This document shows, piece by piece, positions 37,253 to 50,144 of a stretch of 64,000 nt of DNA. Numbering within the stretch: the stretch's first letter is position 1; each line of letters begins with the position of its first letter. Below the pieces are notes generated by a model. The model worked only from the letters and a program-made list of their open reading frames with translations. It was not told where the DNA came from and did no database searches. Made by a program: the position numbers and the translations under genes. This DNA comes from Candidatus Parcubacteria bacterium (GTDB lineage Bacteria; Patescibacteriota; Minisyncoccia; Phycocordibacterales; UBA918), in assembly GCA_021731405.1 (NCBI GenBank), contig JAKFXN010000003.1, forward strand, positions 108,676 to 172,675, in the 5' to 3' direction.

Positions 37253-37969
37253 TTGTATATGCCTGGTTCCTCGAATACGTCGTTTATTCCAAAAAGAAAT
37301 CCCGCTCAAAAAGAGCGGCAGGGAGCAAAACGTCAAGTGTTTGTTGGTACCTTTATTATACGTATTCTTTTCTTCGCCTCCCTCCTTGCTGCCGCTGGAG
37401 TGTTTATCTACGAGATGCAGCTTAAGAAAAATGTAGAGAATGAAATCCTTGCGCTTGATGCCGCTATCGGGACATTCAATGAAGCAGAGATGCAGCGGAT
37501 TTTGCAAGCAGATGCACGCCTCAAGCAAGCAGACGGTCGTTTTCAAAGTGCTGCTTCTATGACCGCTCTCCTTCGAGCACTTGAACGCGCAACGGTTGGT
37601 TCAATCCAGATTAGTCAGCTCGCTCTTGAGCGAATTAGTAGTAATAGCTACGACGTTGAAGCAGACATGAAGACAGAAACATTTGATTCTGTACTCTTTC
37701 AACGCTCACTACTCGAAGAGAGTGGCACCTTCGCAGTTTCAGAAATTAAAGATCTCGTAGTGCAGACGCTGCCACCAAATAGTGCCTTGTATGATATTGA
37801 AGTAGATCCAGAACAAACTGACACGGGGGTCTCATTTAAGGCAATTCTCTCTGTCGCAACAGATGATGTACCTCATGGAGTGGTGGAAGCGGCTGTACCC
37901 GTGGTGGTCCCTGTTACTGAAGCTGCCACTTCAACCGAGGCTACTTCAGTTAATACCGATACTATATGA
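37253..37969 (+). CDS. pilN: PilN-like pilus assembly protein
   Basis: Single N-terminal TM plus coiled coil. Position between pilM and pilO. Confidence 0.5.
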   Translation: MYMPGSSNTSFIPKRNPAQKERQGAKRQVFVGTFIIRILFFASLLAAAGVFIYEMQLKKNVENEILALDAAIGTFNEAEMQRILQADARLKQADGRFQSAASMTALLRALERATVGSIQISQLALERISSNSYDVEADMKTETFDSVLFQRSLLEESGTFAVSEIKDLVVQTLPPNSALYDIEVDPEQTDTGVSFKAILSVATDDVPHGVVEAAVPVVVPVTEAATSTEATSVNTDTI

Positions 37970-38520
37970 TTTTCAATTCTTTTGTCACCCAGATTGGCAT
38001 GTTGATACTTGGTGTCGGTATCATTTTTACCTATGTGCAACCAACTTTCGCTGAAATTGGTACGATGCAAACAACCATTGCTCAGTACCAAGAAGAGCAG
38101 CGCAAGGTAAATGAAGTAAATGCCCAGCTCGCTCGACTCGTGGACGAAGTGAACATCATTACGTCGAGCGACATGCGCGCACTCATGACCTATCTACCTG
38201 ACGAAGTTGATCATGTGGCAGTGTCTCGAGATATTTTTATAATGGCAGAGCTAGCTGAAGTGTATTTGGAGGATGTCACGTACGACGGAGTATTGGTAGA
38301 TGCGCTCGGGTCTGAAGCGGGAGCGGAACTTATGCCAACGCAACACGCCTTCTCAACCAGTATTTCAGGAACATACGATCAAATTAAGACTTTCCTACAG
38401 ATGCTTGAACAAAACAACTACCCGCTTGATATTAAGGAGCTCACCATGGTCGGTACAGAGACAGGTATCATTAGTACCAATCTGCTCATTATTACCTATT
38501 CATATACAACAACAATATGA
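37966..38520 (+). CDS. pilO: PilO-like pilus assembly protein
   Basis: N-terminal TM plus coiled coil. Synteny. Confidence 0.5.
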   Translation: MIFNSFVTQIGMLILGVGIIFTYVQPTFAEIGTMQTTIAQYQEEQRKVNEVNAQLARLVDEVNIITSSDMRALMTYLPDEVDHVAVSRDIFIMAELAEVYLEDVTYDGVLVDALGSEAGAELMPTQHAFSTSISGTYDQIKTFLQMLEQNNYPLDIKELTMVGTETGIISTNLLIITYSYTTTI

Positions 38521-38825
38521 GTCCAACCATGAAAAACATTGTCGTCCCGCTTCTGGCGGTCACACTCGCGTACGCAGCGTATGTCTTTTTTATTCAAGGG
38601 GACACTACGCTTGATGACGGAGCGACTCTCACTGATGACGTGCTTTTAAGAACACAAGTATTTATTGAAAGACGAGCTTTGCTCGACACAGTATCAATAG
38701 ACGTGGCTCTTTTTGAAGACCCTGTCTTTCGCTCATACCGAAGTTTCTCTGATGCTGTAGAAAGCGAACCCTTTGGACGTACTAATCCTTTTGGGAGAAC
38801 TGGTATTCCAGAAAGCGGACAATAA
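38517..38825 (+). CDS. small membrane protein (PilP-position)
   Basis: N-terminal TM. Overlapping start. Synteny only. Confidence 0.3.
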   Translation: MSPTMKNIVVPLLAVTLAYAAYVFFIQGDTTLDDGATLTDDVLLRTQVFIERRALLDTVSIDVALFEDPVFRSYRSFSDAVESEPFGRTNPFGRTGIPESGQ

Positions 38826-38840
38826 ATCATCTAGGTATCT

Positions 38841-40670
38841 ATGAACCCACTAGAGATATTACTGGAACGCGGGGAAGTGACAGATTCTTTTGCCCGTCAG
38901 GTAGAGGAAAAACTCCAAGAGACAAATCAGTCACTTGAGGCCACTCTCCTTGAGCTTGGTATAGCTCCCGACACGGTGCGGGCAGTGTTTGCTGAATACT
39001 ATCAAGTCCCATCTTTTATTATCCCTGAAGGATTTTCTATTCCTGAGGAAATACTCACTTATGTTCCAGAAGAGTCTGCTATTCACTATCGCCTCATTCC
39101 ACTCAAGATAGAGGAGGAAGTATTGCTGGTCGGAGTTAATGATCCAGAAAATCTGCAGATTCGCGAAGTTTTGAACTTTGTTAGTACTAAATATGATATT
39201 GCTTACAAGTTTGTCTTCATGCTTGATGCTGACATCAAGAAAGCCCATGAATTTTATTCAAACCTCAAAGGTGAAGTTACCGACGCGCTTACCTCACTTG
39301 AAGGAGAGCTCAATGCTGAAATTGCAGCTGGTGTAGAGGAGGCTTCACCAGAAGACAAGAAGACGATGGAGCACATCGAAGAAGACGCCCCTGTTACCAA
39401 GATTGTGGCGACTATTTTGCGCTACGCGGTTGATGGCAGTGCTTCTGACATTCACGTTGAACCAACTGAGAAAAAAATTGTGGTTCGTTTTCGTGTGGAT
39501 GGCGAACTCACCACCTCACTTGAGCTCCCAAAAAATGTGCACATGGCGGTAGTGGCGCGTATTAAGATTCTTTCTTCTATGCGCCTTGATGAAAAACGAA
39601 AGCCGCAAGACGGTCGTTTTTCCGCAACGTTTGATGGTCGCAAAATCGACTTCCGTGTTTCGGTTTTGCCTACCTCACATGGTGAGAAGGTTGTAATGCG
39701 TATTCTTGATAATGAACGTGGTGTACGTACACTTGAAGATGTAGGTATTTCAGAGCATCTACTAAAAATTGTACGCAAAGCAATTAAAGAGCCGTACGGC
39801 ATCATTCTCATTTCTGGTCCAACCGGTTCTGGAAAATCTACGACACTCTACTCCATGCTTTCGGAGGTGGACAGATTTACTAAAAACGTACTTTCGCTCG
39901 AAGACCCAGTTGAATACAACATTGAAGGAGTGAGTCAGTCACAGGTGCGGCCAGAGATTGGCTACACGTTTGCCAACGGCTTACGCGCTGCACTTCGTCA
40001 GGACCCCGACATTATTATGGTGGGAGAAATTCGTGACAAGGAGACGGCTCAGTTGGCCATTCAAGCTGCGCTTACTGGTCACTTGGTGCTTTCTACTATT
40101 CACACCAACAACGCAATTGGTGTAGTGCCACGTCTTATCGATATGGGTGTGGATCCATATTTGATTGCGCCGACATTGAAGCTTGCTATTGCCCAGCGTT
40201 TGGCAAAGCGTATTTGTGACGAGGGAGGGGAAGAGGAGGCTGTGAGTAAAAGTACTCAAGTGATGATTGATGATAGCCTCAAGACCTTACCTCAAAAATA
40301 TCATAAGTTTATTCCTACAAACAAAACAATTGTTCATCCAAAACCAAGTCCAACCTGCGCGACTGGACTTAAGGGTCGAGTGGCGGTGATGGAGGTACTT
40401 GAGGTAAACGATGAGATTCAAGATCTTATTCTCCATAATGCTTCAGAAGATCAAATGTTCCAGACTGCCCGCAAGAACGGCTTCATGACCATGAAGGAAG
40501 ATGCCATCATCAAGGCTCTCGAGCACAAGATTCCGTACGCAGAGATGAACGCTTTTGGTACTAAGATTGGTGTTGATACTGCTACAGATGATCAGCTGCC
40601 TGTCGATAACCAAGTCGCGGAGTTTTCTAATACCGCTATAATGGACATTAATGAAGATATTGCTAGTTGA
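38841..40670 (+). CDS. pilB: type IV pilus assembly ATPase PilB (GspE family)
   Basis: N-terminal GSPII_E_N domain. Walker A ISGPTGSGKSTTL. Asp/His boxes. Confidence 0.9.
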   Translation: MNPLEILLERGEVTDSFARQVEEKLQETNQSLEATLLELGIAPDTVRAVFAEYYQVPSFIIPEGFSIPEEILTYVPEESAIHYRLIPLKIEEEVLLVGVNDPENLQIREVLNFVSTKYDIAYKFVFMLDADIKKAHEFYSNLKGEVTDALTSLEGELNAEIAAGVEEASPEDKKTMEHIEEDAPVTKIVATILRYAVDGSASDIHVEPTEKKIVVRFRVDGELTTSLELPKNVHMAVVARIKILSSMRLDEKRKPQDGRFSATFDGRKIDFRVSVLPTSHGEKVVMRILDNERGVRTLEDVGISEHLLKIVRKAIKEPYGIILISGPTGSGKSTTLYSMLSEVDRFTKNVLSLEDPVEYNIEGVSQSQVRPEIGYTFANGLRAALRQDPDIIMVGEIRDKETAQLAIQAALTGHLVLSTIHTNNAIGVVPRLIDMGVDPYLIAPTLKLAIAQRLAKRICDEGGEEEAVSKSTQVMIDDSLKTLPQKYHKFIPTNKTIVHPKPSPTCATGLKGRVAVMEVLEVNDEIQDLILHNASEDQMFQTARKNGFMTMKEDAIIKALEHKIPYAEMNAFGTKIGVDTATDDQLPVDNQVAEFSNTAIMDINEDIAS

Positions 40671-41031
40671 TGACGATAGTTTTCTCCGTGACATGTACAC
40701 GACTAAGTTCGTAGACCATGGACATGAGGTAGATGTGTCAGACGGAAGTGCGAGTGTGCTCTCAAAATTACAGCAAGGTCTCAAGTACGACTTAGCTATT
40801 CTCGATATGGTGATGCCAGGGACTTCAGGTGTAGAGCTGCTCACTATGATACGAACACAATTTCCTGAGCAGATTGGTTGCTGCATCTTTTTATCAAACC
40901 AAGGACAAGAAGAAGATATTAGGGAAGCAACCGAAGCGGGAGCGGTAGGGTACATCGTTAAAGCGGAGTCTATTCCAAGTGAAGTAGTGAAGAAGGTGGA
41001 AGATATTATGAAAAAATGTAAGGCAAAATAG
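40651..41031 (+). CDS. single-domain response regulator (PilH/CheY-like)
   Basis: KILLVDDDSFLRDMY...LAILDMVMPGTSGVELL. Confidence 0.8.
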   Translation: MKILLVDDDSFLRDMYTTKFVDHGHEVDVSDGSASVLSKLQQGLKYDLAILDMVMPGTSGVELLTMIRTQFPEQIGCCIFLSNQGQEEDIREATEAGAVGYIVKAESIPSEVVKKVEDIMKKCKAK

Positions 41032-41033
41032 GT

Positions 41034-42101
41034 ATGTCAGTAGATTATAAAAAAGAACTGCAGGCCCTCATTGATTTGCTCTTGGCTGAAAAAGCTTCAG
41101 ACATGCACTTTTCGGTGAATTCTCACCCGCTCATTCGAGTTTCTGGCACGCTTATTCCGCTCGTCAAAAAACCCATCCTTACCGAAGCTGATGTGGCCGC
41201 ATTTGCAAAAGTGCTCATGCGTCCTGACCAGTTCGAACGTCTCGCTAAACACGAGGAGGTAGACTTTTCATTTGAAAATACGCAGTCAGTGCGCTTTCGT
41301 GGAAACGCCTTTTTTCAGCGTGGCAAGATGGCTGTCGCGCTCCGTCTTATTCCAAATGTAATACGTACTTTTGAAGAGCTCAACCTTCCGCCAATTCTCG
41401 AGAGCTTTACCCAACGCCCGCAAGGTTTCTTCTTGTGTGTAGGTCCTGTGGGACAAGGTAAGTCAACTACCCTAGCGGCGATGGTAAACCATATCAATCG
41501 CAATCGTGCTGAGCATATCGTGACCATTGAAGATCCAATTGAATATGTATATGTAGAAGAGAAATCACTTATCGACCAACGAGAAGTGGGCTTGGATACT
41601 GATAGTTTCCAGACTGCGCTCAATGCTGCCTTCAGACAGGACGTGGACGTTATCTTGGTGGGAGAAATGCGTAACGCTGAGACTATTGCCACTGCCGTGA
41701 CGGCCGCCGAAACAGGTCACCTCGTATACTCAACTCTTCACACCAACGACGCAGCTCAGACCATCAATCGTATCATTGATAGTTTCCCTGGAGATCAACA
41801 GTCACAGATTCGTGTTCAGCTATCGAGTTCACTCATTGCTATCTTTTCACAACGTCTTATTCCGCACATTACTGGAGGAATGGTGCCTGCGTATGAACTC
41901 CTTATCAATAACACGGCAGTGTCAAACCTTATACGTGAAAATCGCATTCATGAGATTCCATCAATCATTGAGATTGGGCTCGATCAGGGTATGATTGATA
42001 TGAACCGCTCACTGGCGCGGTTGGTACAAAATGGTGACATCACTGTAGAGAACGCCTTCACCTATTCAACCAACCCTAAAGGCCTTGAACGACTAATATA
42101 A
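41034..42101 (+). CDS. pilT: twitching motility/retraction ATPase PilT
   Basis: GPVGQGKSTTLAAMVNHIN. PilT-size GspE ATPase. Confidence 0.9.
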   Translation: MSVDYKKELQALIDLLLAEKASDMHFSVNSHPLIRVSGTLIPLVKKPILTEADVAAFAKVLMRPDQFERLAKHEEVDFSFENTQSVRFRGNAFFQRGKMAVALRLIPNVIRTFEELNLPPILESFTQRPQGFFLCVGPVGQGKSTTLAAMVNHINRNRAEHIVTIEDPIEYVYVEEKSLIDQREVGLDTDSFQTALNAAFRQDVDVILVGEMRNAETIATAVTAAETGHLVYSTLHTNDAAQTINRIIDSFPGDQQSQIRVQLSSSLIAIFSQRLIPHITGGMVPAYELLINNTAVSNLIRENRIHEIPSIIEIGLDQGMIDMNRSLARLVQNGDITVENAFTYSTNPKGLERLI

Positions 42102-42107
42102 TTTTTT

Positions 42108-43325
42108 ATGCTCTTTAACTACGTTGCACTCGATACAACCAATATCCAGCGAGAGGGAACGGTTGAGGCCGTGACTATTGACGCGGCTATTTCAGCGGTG
42201 CAAAAACGTGGTTATACGGTTATCTCTATTGATCCAGCTGATGAAGGAGGCGGACTCCAGTCTCTTTTGAAATTTGAGTTTACCTTCATGAACTCAATAT
42301 CCAACAAAGATATTGTGATTCTCTCGCGGCAGATATCGACCCTCTTTCAAGCGCACGTGTCACCCCTTCGTATTTTCCGTCTGCTTTCAGCTGAGGTAGG
42401 GAACGTAAAGCTACAAACAGTGATGAATAAAATAGTGGAAGATCTGCAAGGAGGCAGCTCTATCTCTCGGGCACTCTCATTTCACCCAGAAGTATTTTCG
42501 TCTTTTTATGTAAACCTGGTTCGTTCTGGGGAAGAGTCGGGATCTCTCGAAAAATCATTTGCGTATTTGGCTGACTACTTGGACCGCTCATACGAAATTA
42601 TTTCAAAAGCCCGAAACGCTCTCGTGTACCCAGCTTTCGTGGTCTCCATCTTTATTGGTGTGATGGGACTCATGCTTACACTTGTGATTCCAAACATTGC
42701 GAGTATCTTGACTGACTCCGGACAAGAGCTTCCTATCTACACCAAAATTGTTATTGGTATATCTGACATCCTCGTTAACTACATAGGATTTATCTTACTC
42801 GCTATTGCAGGAGGAGCGGTTGGTTTCTACCGATTTAAAAAGACTGAAGTGGGGCAACGTACGATTGATGAGTTTATGATATCAATTCCGTACCTTGGCG
42901 ACTTGCAGCGCAAGCTTCTCTTGACTCGCATCTGTGACAACCTCGCTACTATGCTCGGTAGTGGTATTTCAATGGTACAGGCACTTGAAGTAACTGGGGA
43001 AGTGGTGGACAACATGGTCTATAAAGAAATTATCCAAGCAGCACTATCTGAAGTGAAAGGAGGTCGTTCATTTGCTGATGCAATTGCTGAGTATCCAGAA
43101 ATTCCAGGCGTACTTACCCAGATGGTGAAGGTGGGAGAAGAAACAGGTAGTTTGGCCGAAATCCTCACTACTTTGGCAAACTTCTATCGTCGCGAAGTAA
43201 ATAATGCAGTGGATACCCTTATTGGCCTGATTGAACCGATAATGATTGTGCTCCTCGGTCTTGGTGTGGGTACACTCCTCGCTTCTGTCTTGATGCCAAT
43301 CTATAACCTCACCAACAGCTTCTAG
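42108..43325 (+). CDS. pilC: type IV pilus platform protein PilC (GspF family)
   Basis: Two GspF repeats. Polytopic. Confidence 0.85.
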   Translation: MLFNYVALDTTNIQREGTVEAVTIDAAISAVQKRGYTVISIDPADEGGGLQSLLKFEFTFMNSISNKDIVILSRQISTLFQAHVSPLRIFRLLSAEVGNVKLQTVMNKIVEDLQGGSSISRALSFHPEVFSSFYVNLVRSGEESGSLEKSFAYLADYLDRSYEIISKARNALVYPAFVVSIFIGVMGLMLTLVIPNIASILTDSGQELPIYTKIVIGISDILVNYIGFILLAIAGGAVGFYRFKKTEVGQRTIDEFMISIPYLGDLQRKLLLTRICDNLATMLGSGISMVQALEVTGEVVDNMVYKEIIQAALSEVKGGRSFADAIAEYPEIPGVLTQMVKVGEETGSLAEILTTLANFYRREVNNAVDTLIGLIEPIMIVLLGLGVGTLLASVLMPIYNLTNSF

Positions 43326-43473
43326 TTTGTCCACAGACCAAGAAAAGACGCCGCTATAAACTCGTATAATAGATATAACTACGTACAACGTAGGAAAGGC
43401 TCAAAAGGTATTCAGATACGCAGCTGATATCTGAATTCAGTCTGAGCAGTATTAATAAAAAAATTACAAATCT

Positions 43474-43977
43474 ATGAAACAATCAATGCTCACCCGTGGA
43501 TTTACGCTCATCGAGCTCCTCGTGGTTATTGCCATCATCGGTATTTTGGCGGCAGTAGTTATCGGTTCACTCAACGATGCACGTAGTGGTGGCCAGGACG
43601 CTTCAATCAAGCAGTCTGTAGCCAACATTCGTTCACAAGCAGAGCTCTTCTATAACGGAAACGGGTACACCTATCGTGTGGATGCTACAACAAACGTTTG
43701 TACAAACACTCAAGTGGACTCACTCCTTAGTGCTGCCGTAGACGTAGTAAACGGTACAGACTATGCTTCTGCCACACACGGTGTATCAACATATGTTGCT
43801 CTTAACACACTTACTGGTGCAGCTTCTGGTCGAACAGCAGCTTGTCACGCTGATGAGACACGATACCTTGCTGTAGCTCCGCTCGCTAGTATCGCTCAAT
43901 TCTGGTGTGTAGATAGTACTGGTGTATCAGCTCAGGTTGCAACAGCTCCAGCTTCAGGAGACTATACTTGTAACTAA
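43474..43977 (+). CDS. type IV major pilin
   Basis: Class III signal [26 protein letters not shown] (G|FTLIE). Confidence 0.8.
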   Translation: MKQSMLTRGFTLIELLVVIAIIGILAAVVIGSLNDARSGGQDASIKQSVANIRSQAELFYNGNGYTYRVDATTNVCTNTQVDSLLSAAVDVVNGTDYASATHGVSTYVALNTLTGAASGRTAACHADETRYLAVAPLASIAQFWCVDSTGVSAQVATAPASGDYTCN

Positions 43978-44002
43978 GCTTTAGGTAGAAGAAATGATAA
44001 AC

Positions 44003-44030
44003 AAAAAACGCCTTCGGGCGTTTTTTGTTT
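44003..44030 (+). terminator. rho-independent terminator
   Basis: AAAAAACGCCTTCGGGCGTTTTTTGTTT. Confidence 0.7.
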
Positions 44031-44067
44031 ATAGTGAATAAAAGCGAAATATCCGTATCGTATAATT

Positions 44068-44490
44068 ATGGTAATGAAAACATCTTCTGGATTTACGCTC
44101 ATCGAGCTCCTCGTGGTTATTGCCATCATCGGTATTCTCGCCTCAGTGGTTATTGGGTCACTCAATGATGCACGTGACAGTGGACTTGACGCTAAGATTA
44201 AAAGTGAGATGTCTGCACTTTCTAAGCGAGCGGCCGTAGAGGAGTCTGCCTCCTTCACCTTTGATGCGGTTTGCGGATCAAACAGTGTTACTCAGTCGCC
44301 ACAGATTATCGCTATCATTACCGCTATTGAGATGTTCTCAACTGGTCCAGTTATATGTAACAGCGACACGTATGCATACGCCGCATCGGTACCACTTGAG
44401 ACCGACTATTGGTGTGTTGACAGTGAAGGTGTGGCAGGGGTGTTTGCCACTCCACTTAGTACCAGTACCCCAACATTTAGTTGTTCGTAA
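44068..44490 (+). CDS. type IV pilin (second copy)
   Basis: [24 protein letters not shown]. Confidence 0.8.
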   Translation: MVMKTSSGFTLIELLVVIAIIGILASVVIGSLNDARDSGLDAKIKSEMSALSKRAAVEESASFTFDAVCGSNSVTQSPQIIAIITAIEMFSTGPVICNSDTYAYAASVPLETDYWCVDSEGVAGVFATPLSTSTPTFSCS

Positions 44491-44538
44491 TTAACCACTC
44501 GTTCAAATACTGTCGAGCCCGAGTGATATACTAAGTGT

Positions 44539-45375
44539 ATGCAATACCTCGTAGGTGAATTTGGAATATCTTTTGTAGTTGTTGTCGCCTTTCTATTTGG
44601 TGTAATTATCGGCAGTTTTCTCAATGTATACATCTATCGTTTCCACACGGGTAAGTCTTTGATGGGGAGTTCACATTGTCTTTCTTGTGGTACTGATCTA
44701 AAACCCTACGAGCTCGTGCCACTTTTTTCATACCTCGCCTTATTTGGAAGATGTAGGACTTGTCGTTCATATATTCCTAATCGCTATTTCTTAGTGGAGC
44801 TATTGACCGGTCTGTTGTTTATGGGGGTGGCACTGACCGCTATAGATGTCATTTCTATGCTTCATACCCTCTTTATTGTGTCTGTGCTCGTCGTAATAGC
44901 TGTCTATGACATATACCACATGATTATCCCAGATGAGCTGGTGACAGCGCTTTTAGGAGGAGTCATTTCAAATCAGCTGTATCTACATATTACTGGTGTG
45001 CCGATGTCTGTCTTTTGGTGGAATATTTTTGCAGCGCTTTTGGGCTCTCTTTTCTTCTTAGTTTTATGGCGCGTTTCAAAGGGGACATGGATTGGTTTTG
45101 GTGATGTAAAACTGATTATCCCACTTGGACTCTCGGTGGGGTACACTTCCATGTTTTCGATGGTGGTACTGTCGTTTTGGATAGGGGCTATAGTCGGAGT
45201 ACTTGTTCTTCTTATTCAAAAAGTGCACCACCAGAGTCAGCCACACTTTAAGTTTCTCCCCACACCACTCACCATGAAGAGCGCCGTACCTTTTGCGCCG
45301 TTTTTGATTCTAGGCTACTTGGCAATACTCTTTTTTGACATTGATGTAATTGCTCTTTTAAGTTATGCCCCATAA
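44539..45375 (+). CDS. pilD: prepilin peptidase PilD (A24)
   Basis: CLSCGTDL...CRTCRS zinc-binding CxxC pairs. Polytopic with catalytic Asp regions. Confidence 0.85.
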   Translation: MQYLVGEFGISFVVVVAFLFGVIIGSFLNVYIYRFHTGKSLMGSSHCLSCGTDLKPYELVPLFSYLALFGRCRTCRSYIPNRYFLVELLTGLLFMGVALTAIDVISMLHTLFIVSVLVVIAVYDIYHMIIPDELVTALLGGVISNQLYLHITGVPMSVFWWNIFAALLGSLFFLVLWRVSKGTWIGFGDVKLIIPLGLSVGYTSMFSMVVLSFWIGAIVGVLVLLIQKVHHQSQPHFKFLPTPLTMKSAVPFAPFLILGYLAILFFDIDVIALLSYAP

Positions 45376-45955
45376 TAATCCAACACAAAATAATACCGAG
45401 CAAGGTTTTGGACTCGTTGAGCTTCTGGTGAGTATTAGTATTGTAGTCTTGGTGACGAGCATTATTATGGCGCGTCATGGTAGCCATAATGGAGCAGTGC
45501 TCCTTCGTTCTGAAGCCTATGACGTGGCGCTCAAGGCGCGTGAGGTGCAGCTCTCCGCAGTGAGCGCAGTTGGAGATGCTGGCGATTATCGTAATGTGTT
45601 TGGTCTTTACTTTGATACGGCAACAGGAGGCTTTTATCGTACGTTTCGTGATGCTGATGGTGATTTTTATTACGACACGGGAGAAGAAGTGGGAGCTAGA
45701 AATAATCTTGATCAGCGATTTGAGATTGATGAGATACGGCTTATTGATGGAGGAGTTCCTACGACACCAACCTCACTCTCGATTGTGTTTGAACGACCAA
45801 ATTTTGACGCCCGCTTCTACACTTCAAGTGGCCTGGTTGCTTCTTCTGTTAATGCTGTGCAGTTGGTGGTGAGACTACGTGGTACCACTGGTACAGGAGT
45901 GGGGGAGATGCGTCTAGTTGAGATTTCAAGAACCGGCCAAATCACAGTACAATAA
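45365..45955 (+). CDS. minor pilin/pseudopilin (FimT/GspH-like)
   Basis: QGFGLVELLVSISIVVLV prepilin signal. Confidence 0.6.
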   Translation: MPHNNPTQNNTEQGFGLVELLVSISIVVLVTSIIMARHGSHNGAVLLRSEAYDVALKAREVQLSAVSAVGDAGDYRNVFGLYFDTATGGFYRTFRDADGDFYYDTGEEVGARNNLDQRFEIDEIRLIDGGVPTTPTSLSIVFERPNFDARFYTSSGLVASSVNAVQLVVRLRGTTGTGVGEMRLVEISRTGQITVQ

Positions 45956-46628
45956 TATGAACATGCTCCTCAACAAACAAACTAATCAACGTGGCTTCAC
46001 GCTCATTGAAATGATTGTTTCTTTGGGAGTATTTTCAGTGGTGGTTACTACTGCTGTAGGAGCGATGCTGGTACTCATTGCTACCAACCAGCAGCTTCAG
46101 GCTGAACAAAGTGTCATGACCAATCTCGCATTTGCCCTTGATACTATGACGCGCGAAATGCGCACGGGCTACAACTACTACTGCGACAGTCAACCAAATT
46201 ATTCTGCTGGCGGACCAAACAACATCTTTGATGATGCGAACGATCATGAAAGTCTCTTAGGAACAAATACAGCTGATTGCGCAACAGGACGTCCTACTGG
46301 CCGACAGCTGCAAGGAGTGTCCTTCTACGAGGGGGGAGATAGTCTTACCGGCGCAACTGGAGCACGGCGTATTCTTTATTTTTTTGATGAGGATGCCAAT
46401 ACTATCTATCGTCGCGTAGGAAACGACCCTAAGCAGGCAATAGTGTCTTCTGGTCTCGTGGTCCAGGATGCTCAGTTTTATGTGACCGGTAGTAATCCTT
46501 TAAGTGTGGGATCAGATACCGAACAACCAAGTATCACCATCTATATTGAAGCACAAGAAAAGGACGATCCAACAGCTAAGACTTATTACTTACAGACGAC
46601 AGTAGTACAACGCATTTTGGACTTATGA
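45918..46628 (+). CDS. minor pilin (PilW-like)
   Basis: RGFTLIEMIVSLGVFSVVV. Confidence 0.6.
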   Translation: MRFQEPAKSQYNNMNMLLNKQTNQRGFTLIEMIVSLGVFSVVVTTAVGAMLVLIATNQQLQAEQSVMTNLAFALDTMTREMRTGYNYYCDSQPNYSAGGPNNIFDDANDHESLLGTNTADCATGRPTGRQLQGVSFYEGGDSLTGATGARRILYFFDEDANTIYRRVGNDPKQAIVSSGLVVQDAQFYVTGSNPLSVGSDTEQPSITIYIEAQEKDDPTAKTYYLQTTVVQRILDL

Positions 46629-47165
46629 TGTATTTTCAAAAAAAAGAAAGCGGATTTTCTTTGGTGGAGACACTGGTAGCTATTTCTATTCTCCTCATTG
46701 TGATTGTTGGCCCAATGACTATTTCTATGCGTACTGCCAAGAGCTCGAGTTTTGCGAGTGAGCAGATCCAGGCGTTCTTTTTGGCACAAGAAGGGGTTGA
46801 ATTTTTACATAAGCATAGTTACGACTACTATGTGCGGCATTTTAGTGGTTCGGTGACTGACCCGTGGGGACAGACTTCAGACCCTACAGGAGCCTACGCT
46901 AATTGTTTTTCTTCTTCTGGGTGTGGTGTAGAGTGGAGTACTACAGCAGGTGCTTTACGGTTACCCATTTCTTGCGCGACGGTAAGTAATTGTTTGATGT
47001 ACCGTAGTAGCGGCACGGGGCGAAGTCACTTTACTCATATTGCAGCTGGTAATACGGCCACTGTCTTTACACGACGACTTTATTTCTCTGAGCACATACC
47101 GAGCACCCAAGTTCGTGTTCGTTCGGTGGTGACGTGGCGAACGGGCTCTTTGGTAGCTGAGCAAC

Positions 47166-49813
<2,648 letters not shown>

Positions 49814-49842
49814 TACGGAGGGAAATGATATGATGCAAATCT

Positions 49843-50142
49843 ATGAATAAAGAAGAGGTTGTACACCTAGGAAAACTTGCCCGCATCGAGCTTACGCAAA
49901 CAGAAATCGATACTTTCACTGAGGAAATGTCAGCTATTTTATCGTACGTAAGTGCGGTCAAAGATATTGCTGGCGAAATAAGTACTGGCGAACCAAAACC
50001 AGGTGCTCGCTTCAACGTGTTTCGCCCAGATGAAGTGACTAACGAGGCAGATGAATATACGGCAGACCTTCTGGCGGAAATGCCAAAGACCGAAGGACGT
50101 TTTATGGTGGTTAAAAAGATTTTAAATACCGATACGGAGTAA
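49843..50142 (+). CDS. gatC: Asp/Glu-tRNA amidotransferase subunit C
   Basis: Size and position before gatA. GatC-like sequence. Confidence 0.75.
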   Translation: MNKEEVVHLGKLARIELTQTEIDTFTEEMSAILSYVSAVKDIAGEISTGEPKPGARFNVFRPDEVTNEADEYTADLLAEMPKTEGRFMVVKKILNTDTE

Positions 50143-50144
50143 AC